Part shown: piece after piece, positions 31,749 through 41,856 of the stretch
Position numbering within the stretch: the stretch's first letter is position 1
Layout of the letters: the number at the start of each line of letters is the position of its first letter
Assembly: GCA_904063045.1 (NCBI GenBank)
Contig: CAJFCJ010000007.1
Span: 1,332,510-1,396,509 of the forward strand
Origin: Dimorphilus gyrociliatus
Lineage: Eukaryota; Animalia; Annelida
DNA: 64,000 nucleotides
Reading direction: 5' to 3'
Notes under the pieces: generated by a model
The model's database searches: none
Seen by the model: only the letters and a program-made list of their open reading frames with translations
What the model was told of the DNA's origin: nothing
Made by a program: the position numbers and the translations under genes

Positions 31749-34700
31749 TCATTTCCCATAGACAGGGAAGAGTTGCTTTAAAACAGTTGCTAACGTTTTA
31801 TTTTCTTCAGTGTTGGGATCGAGCACTTTTCTACAAATTGCGCACGTTTTAATGCCCACCTTAAAAGATCTTTTAATACAGTTCTGAAAAGTTTAATTCA
31901 ATTAAGTTTCTGTATAATTATTAAACTGGAATACAAACAGCGCAAAAATTATGAGAGCAATTGGAGGTTATAGGTGCGTATAGTAAATTTTGACAAATTA
32001 CGCATGTGAATACTGAGACGGCTTTTTCCAAAAATTTCTGCAATATTTTTTAGGCAAAAAAATTTTCATTAAAACGACAATATGAAATTTAAATATACTG
32101 ACAGATTTATCGCTAGATTGCTGTATGCATTCTTCCCACATGTGCCAGTTTGTTTTATCATTTTTCATATGTTCCAATATCTCTTCTGATATATAGGTCT
32201 TTTCAAGAGCTTCCTTAATTGTTGTCACTTTATTTTTAGCATTTTCCTTGTTATCTGTGTGATTACAAGTTTATCAATAGACGCGTTATAACTAAACATA
32301 TTTTCATGAAAAAAAACCTTGTGATTCCTCAATTTTCTCAATTTTAACTTTCTTACTTGGTGAATTATCAGTATTGATTGTTTGTGCAGTTTTCCTTTTC
32401 ATTATTCTTCTACCAGTCTTCTTTGGTATGGGCGCTTCAGCCCAATTCTCGTCCTCGTCTACTCATAGAAATAATTTTATAATTAGTACCTGTTCTATGC
32501 AAAAAATATAACATTCATTACCGGAACATGATATATCTGAAGCCGATTCGATAATTGCACTTTTTTTGGCATTTGTTCGTCTGGCTGGCCTTTTCCAGGT
32601 CGAAAATTTAAGAGATAAGCCAGTTGATTCTAAGAAAATTAATACAATTATCTTTTTAACAACCATTTTAAATAATAATATAGTATAAGAATAAATTACT
32701 TTCTTCATCATCATCATCATCAGAACAAATTTTAGAATCTCCATCAGTATTATCATCGCTTTCTGAAGTATCAATATAATTGAATTTCTTTTTTCTCTTT
32801 GAAGTTGTTTTAGTTTTTTCAGAGATATTGTAAGTCTCTCCTTTCTTCGAAGGACCACAATATGCTTCCCTATTTACTGGTCTAACCATCTTCAAACCTA
32901 GCTCTTTAATTCGTTTCTTTCCTTCTTCTGTCCACGGGGCTGGTTCAATGTCATCTCTTCTCAGCAAATACCTATAAATGATAAATCCTGACTTGCCAAC
33001 CTCCCTCCAATAGCTAACAACCTGAATAATTGGCATCATATATAACATATTCATGAAATTTCGATATATTCATACCTTATAAATTCCGTCATAACGATAG
33101 CCCTCTGTTGGTGCATATTTAGAGTGTTTACGAAGCTTAAAGGATCGACACACGCGCACAGGAAGTCCTTCACGCCATTTGTCACCGGCAGACGCTCCAT
33201 TTTCATTCACTTCTGCATTACAATTTCTTGCTAATGCAAGATTGTATGATTTGAGGGTTTGTTCACAAGTTTGTGCACCTAGCCTCTTATTTCCAGATTT
33301 TAAATCTTTCCCTCCACTTCCAGTATAATAAAATTCGTTTCCATGATCAATATCATCTTCATAACCGCCTGCTAAAACTATTGAGTAAGAGCCTTCTTTT
33401 CCCTTACCTAAAAATGAACGGATAAATTGTTAAAAAATTAACATTTTAATAATTATTGTTTAAATATACCAGATATCCCTCCCACTGGAGGCCTGTGTAC
33501 TCCCTCTTCCGAAGCCTGTAATCTATATTCCCAACATGAGCCAACTGGAATGCCAGGAATAGGACCAAAATGATTTTTGGGTACTATTGTGCACGTTTTT
33601 GATCTTCCAGCAGTAGCGAAACCTTTACCCCAGTCTCTGTTTGATTTGGATTTTAATGCAGCCGTATTTTGTCTTTTTGCAGAGGATTTTAACTTTTCCC
33701 CTTCCTGAACAATAGCTGAGGAATCGTTCTTACAGTGAGGACAGTACCTATTTTTTTAAAATTAATAACTAGTACAACATCACGATATAACAGATGGAAT
33801 TTAAGTACCAATAGTCATCCTCAGGAACTGATGTTATTGGACTATCCAAGCAATAAAAGTGGTATGAATCTCCACATTCATCACACATCACTTGAACATG
33901 TAGATCTTTCTTAGAACCACAAACGCAACAGTGGCAGGATTTACAATTATTTCTTGGATGATCAGAGCAAACATCACACTCAAATGTCCCGTCTATTTCG
34001 AGAGAAATAATAAATGGGTTACATAATAAATGAATATAATATAACTTACCGTAAAATGAAACCATATCCTCTGCATTTCCAAGATTGCACTGAAAGCCAG
34101 CTACTTCAGGTAGATAGAATATCATTTTAGAATTCAATTGAACCAGTTTAGGTAAGCTTAAAAATAAATAAAATAAAAAATAAGAACTTTTTTTAAAGAA
34201 GCAAATATATTAATAAATTAAATCAGAAAATACATTAATCTAAACAACACAATTAAAACAATAATATCTCAATAATACAAACTCTGCTGTGGTAGATAAA
34301 ACTTCAACGGTTATAACTTTCTTTTGGACCTTTTTGACAATACATTCCACATATCCATGATCAGTTGTTTTTTTAATATCTGCTAGTTGACATACTACAG
34401 GATCTTTTGGATTTAAACTGTTCACATCATACTTTCTTCTAGGATGAGGTTTCAGCAATTGACAATTCAAGTCGGAAAAGTTTTGTACATGTCTTTCACC
34501 CTTAGCTTTACAATTCTTTCCTCCATAACAGTCACTGCAATAGCTCTTGGCGTCGTAAATGTAATTATCATTAGGTCTTGGCTTAAATTCTTCTGGTATT
34601 TCAGAATAGCAGTAGTTAATATCAGAAGATTCTGCCTTTTTCACTCCGGTAATACGAACAGGATACCATATTCCTTTATTAGCAGCATTATATACAAGTA

Positions 34701-35368
34701 AATCTTCTATCTAAAATTTCAAGATACTTCATTTATACTTGTCTATTACATCATAAAGAAATTGTTGGATAAACTGTCTTAACTCACCCTATAAAACGGT
34801 TCAACCTCTTTACTATCTATTGCCTTAGTTTTTACGTTATCTTCAGTTTCTTTCTTCGGTACTATTTCTTGTTTACTATTATTATTTAAAATCCGGAAGT
34901 TGACAACGCTGCCCTCTTGAAGTTTGTATTCAACGACCATGTGATCATCGTGTAGCTGTACCCAAAATTAAATTAGTTTACATTTGACTAATAGAATTTC
35001 TAATCAAGAGTCACATCAATCTAGGAATTAAGAAAGAGTATGTGAATCAACATCTATGCTTTTAAGAATATTCTCGAAAGACTTATGGAAAGTATAACCT
35101 TAAAAAAAAACCTATTAAGTACGTCATTATAAATGTTGGACTTTTTCTTCCTTGATAGTATATAATTTATAAATTTATAAATGTACCCAAATAATTATAA
35201 AATCGCTCTTACCGCTTTTCCAGCGTAATACAGAGTGAACTTATTCGTTTTAAAAGCAGGAATACTTTTCAGCATCTTTTTAATATCCTTAATGGTACAC
35301 TTTTTGGAAACATTTGTAAGAGTATACTGTTCATCTGCTTGCGAGAAATTGCGAAACTTCAACAACAT
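31749..35368 (-). CDS. UHRF1: E3 ubiquitin ligase UHRF1 (UBL-TTD-PHD-SRA-RING)
   Basis: Exon 1 [10 protein letters not shown]...TLYYAGKA (UBL). PHD CHCCVCG...[53 protein letters not shown]...[37 protein letters not shown]...CAICR, ending LFPVYGK-stop at 31749. Confidence 0.95.
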
Positions 35369-35421
35369 TCTGAAGGGTGAGCGAGTTTGTCTCTAATGCC
35401 TTGGGCAACTATGACTATGTT

Positions 35422-35449
35422 AAAATGGCTACCTTCGCGCTTCGGAAGT
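35422..35449. promoter_or_regulatory. Putative UHRF1 proximal promoter motifs (YY1-like AAAATGGC, E2F-like TTCGCGC, ETS-like CGGAAGT)
   Basis: Three GC-rich motifs at 35422, 35434 and 35443, 54-81 nt upstream of the UHRF1 ATG. Factor assignments come from consensus resemblance only. Confidence 0.4.
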
Positions 35450-35591
35450 TGCCTCGTTTTGAGCTCTGCTTGCCGCCGAAAGTACTCATTACTCAGTTTT
35501 GTTAACAAAGTTGTTAAAGCATTTTCATTGGAAAGTGACAAGATAAAAAGTGAAATAACAATATAAATGAATTTCGTAAAGATTTTATTAA

Positions 35592-37254
35592 TCAAAAATA
35601 AGCTGCATTTCTGTATGAAGACAGAATAGCTAATGATTCGTAATATGGGGATTCGGTATTTAACTCCGACTCGTATACAACTTGATTATCAGTGATAAAA
35701 AAATTCACAGGTTGCAATTTAACAACTTCCATCTCTGTTTGTAGATTGATAATCTTTTCGAAATTGAGTGGGAGGTTGTACTTTTTTATCAACAACTTTA
35801 AATTATCTTGGAATGGTCTCTTAAGGGAAGTTCTGACAGCCCATCTGGCCATTCCTTTCAGAGACATAACGGTCGGTTGGCAATTAACATGTTTGAATAG
35901 TATATTATGATGAATTTGATTACAATTTTCCATAATTAAAGTATAAACTCTCTTTTGAATGCTATCCTCTACCATAACATTGAAAAATAAATCGGAAATG
36001 TCCAATTCGGTAAATGTGTATCCATACGAAATGAGAGTAACTATTAAAGTACCATAGAAAAATGCTAAAGAATGGGTAACGCCAGCGGTATTGTTTATCA
36101 AATATGAAAATAATACATTTACAACGTGCTGCGATAAACCAAACTTATTTTCACTACAATGTAACAAAACGCAGAATGACGATAACCACATTTGTCTTAT
36201 ATTCTTTGAAGGAAGACTACCTAAAAAGTCGTTTGTTTTTAAAATGAACGACTCAAATAGAATATTAATATAATCTTGACTTATTCCAATTTTAGGATGT
36301 TTAAATATAATAAGCATTTTCTCCCAACGATACATAATCCACGATGTATTTCTTTCATCAATTATTAATCTATTCAGATGAAGTTTGAACAGTTCACCAT
36401 ACCAGTCTAATAACTCTTGTAGGAAAGTACAATCGTAGAAGACTGTACCGTAGACATGCTCGCCGAGAAATTCAAAAAATTTACTCTCCATAGCGTATCT
36501 AAAGAATTCCATATGATCATTCATTAAAGTCGTATGACATAATTGACTTTTTGCTTTATCTCCCAGATTAATAAATGGTATAATAGATTTTAAGTCGTCC
36601 TTTTTAACTTTATGCATAATACAAGTTTTCAAAATGGGTAGTATGAGACATTCCTTATTTAGCAAATGAGAAATAGATTTTAGAAATAAATCAACCTTAT
36701 CTTCAAAATTACTAAGCAAAATAAGAGCGGCTGCTTCTCGATTCTTTGAAAATCTAATAAATTTTAATATAATAACAAAGCATTGTCTGTTATTTAAATT
36801 AATTGCCATTCTTAAATATCTATTAACATTTTCCAATTCTCTTCTATCCTTAGGAATTTTAATTGATATACGTAAAGTAACATCTAACCAATCAGGTTTA
36901 TCGTATTGAATTAAATAAGTAATAACATTATTCAATATATATTTAATTGATTTTAATTCTTCTTTCTCGTCTCTCGGATAAGGCCGACCAGCTAGTACTT
37001 TAAATCTAATGAGAAGCTCAAAAATTTCTTTCCTATCCTCTTTAACAGTTTGTAAAAGACCTTGAAGAAATTTTGAATCATTCAATTTCTTCAATTTCTT
37101 TAATAATAGCTTTTTAACTTGACAAATATCTCCTTCTTCAATAAATCGAAATAATTTTCTAGTAATATTAACAGACTCGCTACATTTATCCTTTAAATAT
37201 TTATAAAGTTTTTATTAAATTGGTACTTTATTTATTAAATTCATTTATTACCAT
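35592..37254 (-). CDS. BC-box helical-repeat protein, paralogue 6 (dispersed copy)
   Basis: The 500-aa ORF extends upstream in frame without an ATG. Likely start is ATG at 37254, then a 61-nt intron (37251-37191), then DKCSES. Motifs LLSNFEDKV, WLSSFCVLLHCSEN, LISYGYTF and SLKGMARWAV...PFQDNL...LPLNFEKII. Confidence 0.8.
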
Positions 37255-38000
37255 CTTTAATGTTGTTTCTTCTATTATTTCCTTATTTTTATTTCTGTTA
37301 GTCTTTACAGTTGAAAATATTTCAATTATTTAAGAATTTAACTTTTTTCCATTAACAGGGCCATCTTCAAAACATTAAAAAACACTTTTAATATATACAA
37401 ATTTCTATACTCTAGATATTTTATATAATAAATTTAAATACAACGATGATTAACTATTTTAAGTAGTGTAAACCCTTTTAAAATACTACCATTATTTACT
37501 TACATTTTAAGTAGAAAAGATGTTTTATATGATAGCTGGTCGGCAAGAGAAACCTCTTTGGCGGTGTTAAAGTATTCCTCTCTTTTTTGTTTTAATACTA
37601 TTATAATATTTTTTTAACTACTTAATTTAAGCATTTACTTATGGGGAGGGGTTTTTTTTGCGTTTTTCGTTATTATTTTAATACTTGAGTAGCTCTTCTT
37701 TGGTAGGTTACTGTTTTAAACTTAACTATTGAACAACTAGTTTTATCGTTTCTTTGCTTTGGAGTATACAGCAGATGTCGCTTTGGCGGTTGGACGTGAT
37801 GAAACTCGTTTCGTTCGAAATCCGAAGGCGATTATTGTTTCGTCCAGTGTTTAAAAATTATTGATTTATAAATTAAAGGATCTCGTACATAATCAGCATT
37901 TGGTTATTTAATTCGTTTGGGTTTATAATCGACAATATTCTTAAAGATTGTATGAACTGTGCCTGTTTTTGAGTGGATCGTTTTTTTCGCTCGTGCCGAA

Positions 38001-40007
38001 ATGTCCGACGTATCAAGTATGTGGGAAAAACTACAGAGACATGGCTCAAAGAAATATATTAGTGATTGTGAAGCGGAAATTCGTGAATTAATAAGGCAAG
38101 TTGACATAATGGTTGAGCACGAACGTCAAAAGTGGAATGCTGAGAAAACCAAATTAACCGCTAAGTGTTCCCAACTACAAAACGAATTAGAGCGTTCACT
38201 AAAGGAACTAACAGAATTTAAAAGATCATCTGCTGAAGTTGAAAGATCGAAACGGCAATTATCATACAGTTGCGAAAGGCAATTAGGATCGTTAAGAGCG
38301 GAAGTAGATACTATGAAAAAAGAGTACGATAAATTACATAGAAAGCACGAAAAGCATACAAAAGAAATGAAAAGAGAGGTAACCCGGCTTAAAACCGAAC
38401 TAGAAAGCAGTAAGAATGAAGTTAGTCGTCTCACAAATAAAACCTCAGATATGCGAACTCGTAATAAATCAATTGAAGAGGAAAAACAGAAGATGGAAAA
38501 CGAATTCCAAACTTTACTATCTGATAATAAAACTCTAAGAGACACGAGTGAGTTACTTCAAGGACAGATCGCAAACTATCAAAATGAATTGGAAAAGCGG
38601 AGGGAAATTATTGAAAAATCAGAATCAAACTTTAAGAATCAATTATGCCAGTTGGAAATTCAACTAGATGGAGCAAGGGACACAATCAATTGCCAAGAAG
38701 TTGAAATATCTAAACTAAGAACAATATTGGAAGATGCAAATGGACGTCAAAAGTCCACTAGCGATAATCAGGATAAAATTCTTATGGATCTGTACGAAAC
38801 CCAACAATCAAAACAGAAACTGCAGATAATAAAATTAGAATTGGAATCTGTACTTAAACTGAAAGATGAGCAACTTGTTAAGAACGATTATCATATTAAA
38901 CAGCTGGAGGAGAATATTCAAGAGCTTAGCTCAGCCGTAGAAGAGAAAGATAATTTGTTGCATAGCTTAAGGGAAAGTAACGAATCAGACGTATCATCTC
39001 AGATACATAGCTTACAAAATAAATTGAAAGCTTTGAAATCCGAAACCAAACAGAATAAGCTAAGAGAAAAAGAAGCGCAAGAAGAGCTATCTGCCGCTAA
39101 AAAACTAATTAATGATAAAAGTTTAGAATGCGATCAAATGAGAAGCAATATTAGAAAGCAATATGAACAAAGCCTTTATCTGACAAGAGAGAAATACGAG
39201 AATGAAATAAAGATTCTAGAAGATAAGATAACCTTGTTAACGGCAGATTTCGAAAGGGTTGAAAAGACAAATACATATTTATCTACTCAAGTTCAATTTT
39301 TCCAAGCGAGAAAGGAAGAAAGTGAAAGTGAACTGGAAAAGAGAACAAGAGAATTACAGAGTTTAGAAGAGGAGAAAATAATACCGTCCATAAAAGATGA
39401 AACTCAGGATAAACTTAAAGAGTTAAAGATTACCTACGAATCCAGCGTAACGTCCTTAGAGGAGCAGAATAGGACTCTGAGAACCAAAATAAGAGATTTA
39501 GAATCACAAATAAACGATTTACAAAATAGAGAAAATGAGGCAGAGCAAATTCTTGTTGCTAAAGAAGAAATGAATAAAAAGTTAGAATTGGTTAAGTTAC
39601 AAGATACGAAACATTTAGCAACAGTCGAAAAGTTAGCGGATGAACGAGTTGAACATTACAAACAACGTTATTTATCAAATTCTAAAGCTTACGAGGCAAC
39701 TATCGACTCCCTAAAAATGGAAGTAGCTTTGTACAAACACAAATTAGAACAACAAGAAACCGAAGCTAAGCGATTACACGAAGAAAATAGTGCCATGTCT
39801 TCGTTTCTAAACAAATATGAGGATCATATGCAATACGAGGCAACAAACAAATCTTGGTTCATGCCTGACGATGACGACGTATCTCTCTTGGAGGAGCAGG
39901 CCGTAGAATCCTTTATAGAAGATCACCGAAATCGTACTAAACAATTAGAGAACAAGTTGGATACTCATATACACGAATTAAAACAATCGCTAGATTACGA
40001 GTTATAA
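38001..40007 (+). CDS. CEP63: Centrosomal coiled-coil protein CEP63/DEUP1 family
   Basis: N-terminus SDCEAEIRELIRQVDIMVEHERQKW resembles the CEP63 segment [25 protein letters not shown], and C-terminal LENKLDTHIHELK resembles LERLDAHIEELK (recalled sequences). Long heptad coiled coil; intronless CDS. Confidence 0.8.
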   Translation: MSDVSSMWEKLQRHGSKKYISDCEAEIRELIRQVDIMVEHERQKWNAEKTKLTAKCSQLQNELERSLKELTEFKRSSAEVERSKRQLSYSCERQLGSLRAEVDTMKKEYDKLHRKHEKHTKEMKREVTRLKTELESSKNEVSRLTNKTSDMRTRNKSIEEEKQKMENEFQTLLSDNKTLRDTSELLQGQIANYQNELEKRREIIEKSESNFKNQLCQLEIQLDGARDTINCQEVEISKLRTILEDANGRQKSTSDNQDKILMDLYETQQSKQKLQIIKLELESVLKLKDEQLVKNDYHIKQLEENIQELSSAVEEKDNLLHSLRESNESDVSSQIHSLQNKLKALKSETKQNKLREKEAQEELSAAKKLINDKSLECDQMRSNIRKQYEQSLYLTREKYENEIKILEDKITLLTADFERVEKTNTYLSTQVQFFQARKEESESELEKRTRELQSLEEEKIIPSIKDETQDKLKELKITYESSVTSLEEQNRTLRTKIRDLESQINDLQNRENEAEQILVAKEEMNKKLELVKLQDTKHLATVEKLADERVEHYKQRYLSNSKAYEATIDSLKMEVALYKHKLEQQETEAKRLHEENSAMSSFLNKYEDHMQYEATNKSWFMPDDDDVSLLEEQAVESFIEDHRNRTKQLENKLDTHIHELKQSLDYEL

Positions 40008-40764
40008 AAACGTCTTTTAACCGTCCTATCTTTTTTTTCTGTCTTTTTACCGTCATTTTAATAAAATATCTTTTTTTAAGTTTGTCACAACAAAATCAGA
40101 GTAAATATTCTGTCTTAATTAGCTTTTCCTATTATTCCCTTCAATTATATTTATCCTCCTTTTCATAAAGATTGCAAGAAGAAAAAGTTTAATTACTTCA
40201 GTGTACAGTATCAATTGTAAAGAGATATCAAATAGCACTCTCAATAACTCAATTATAACTATCATTTAATAAAACTGAAACGATTAGGACTTTTCTTTGA
40301 TCGCTCGACTGCAAAGAGTTTATCAATGATTCTTTTATGATGTCTTTTACGATAAAGGCTCCTTCCGAGAAGAAAAATGTAACCTGCATAGTCTTTTATT
40401 AACATCATTTCATTTCTTATATGCAAGAGTAATAGTTGTTACAAGAGAAGAAATCTCCCTGTTTTCTTTATTTCTCTCTTATTTGTTAGTTTGTTTCTTC
40501 TTTCTATAGTTAAGAAATGACTCTAGCAAACAGATTGAATAATAAGGCAAAAAAGAGAAGTCATTATTGAAGTTTAGTTTAGTTGTTTGTCTGTATTGAA
40601 ATAAGGATCAAGTTAATAAAATGATAAAAGAAATACCCCTGCTTTGTAAAAAGACACAGAATAAAGTGTCTCTATTAGATGGATTCAATTGCTTCTTTAG
40701 TTAAACTAATGTTCCCTTTTCTCTTTATTGAGTTTAGATTTGTATTCTTTGAAAACCACTACAG

Positions 40765-41649
40765 TTAGGAGACAGTTGACACTACAGTGGGGGAAACGCT
40801 ATTTTTTCTTATACCCAACGCCTTTTTAAAGGCGATATTAAATTTAGTATTTATAAGTGCATAAACAAAAGGATTCATACAGCTGTTTGCGTGAGATAAC
40901 AGAATGGAGATTATTAATAGCTGAATGTAAACCTTACCAGTGAATAGTGTAACAGAGTTTAGTATATTAATTGGTAACCAACAAGATGCGAAAAGTAACA
41001 AGACAATAAAGATACGTTTTGCCGCTCTTGACTCTTTTTTCAGTGTAATAACAGACTTCTTATCACCCTTTGAACATTTTAATCTAACAACGTGAAACAT
41101 ATACCCATACACAATGAAGAGGAAAACTAGAGGAATTAAATAAAAACCAAAAAAGTTAAAGTAAACCATATAGTTCATATCAATAAGTAGAACGAATGCA
41201 CACGTTCCAGACCATCCAAGATTCCAACCGAAAAGTGGTACAAATCCAACAATAGCTCCAAATATCCATGAGCAAGCTATCAACAAACCAGCCGCCTTCG
41301 TTCCTATTTTTTGACGGTGAATAACGGGAAACTTTATAGCCAAGAATCTTTCTATTGCTATCGCTACTAGGCTAAAGATAGATATTTGAGTACATACAAC
41401 GATAGTTGAGTTCATTAGTAAGCAAGCATAATAATGTCTTGGTAAGCCATAATTATTAACAATAACACAAGGAATACCAATCATCCCAACGGCAAAATCG
41501 GCAGCTGCCAAAGATGCTATAAGGTAATTTGTTACCGTCTGAAGGGTTCTTTCTCTGTAGATGGCTAATACGACTAATCCATTACCAAAAATGGCTAAAA
41601 CCGCTATAAGGACCTCGGCCGCGATCTGTACCTTTCCCCAATCATCCAT
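40765..41649 (-). CDS. Adenosine receptor-like class A GPCR (294 aa, intronless CDS)
   Basis: Seven TMs with adenosine-receptor signatures: TM1 EVLIAVLAIFGN, TM3 TQISIFSLVAIAIERF, TM5 MNYMVYFNFF, TM6 CWLP, TM7 LSHANSCMNPFVY. Confidence 0.88.
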   Translation of the reverse strand: MDDWGKVQIAAEVLIAVLAIFGNGLVVLAIYRERTLQTVTNYLIASLAAADFAVGMIGIPCVIVNNYGLPRHYYACLLMNSTIVVCTQISIFSLVAIAIERFLAIKFPVIHRQKIGTKAAGLLIACSWIFGAIVGFVPLFGWNLGWSGTCAFVLLIDMNYMVYFNFFGFYLIPLVFLFIVYGYMFHVVRLKCSKGDKKSVITLKKESRAAKRIFIVLLLFASCWLPINILNSVTLFTGKVYIQLLIISILLSHANSCMNPFVYALINTKFNIAFKKALGIRKNSVSPTVVSTVS

Positions 41650-41856
41650 CAGAATCAACTGACAAAGTCAGTAAAAATTCAACAAGATGGCGCTGTTATA
41701 TTTAACTGATGAAAGTTCATTATCGTTTTATTAGACAAAGAAGATGATATCAAACATAAAATTTAACTAAAATTATGTTTCTTTTGTTTTTGTTATTTTG
41801 ATTGTCTCTTTCATCACTTTTCACAACTTGAAAGTAGATCAACGCACTGTGCGAAT

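Noticed and set aside
38126-38545. 139-aa antisense ORF rich in S/F/L
   Set aside because: Typical reverse-complement shadow of an E/K-rich coiled-coil CDS.
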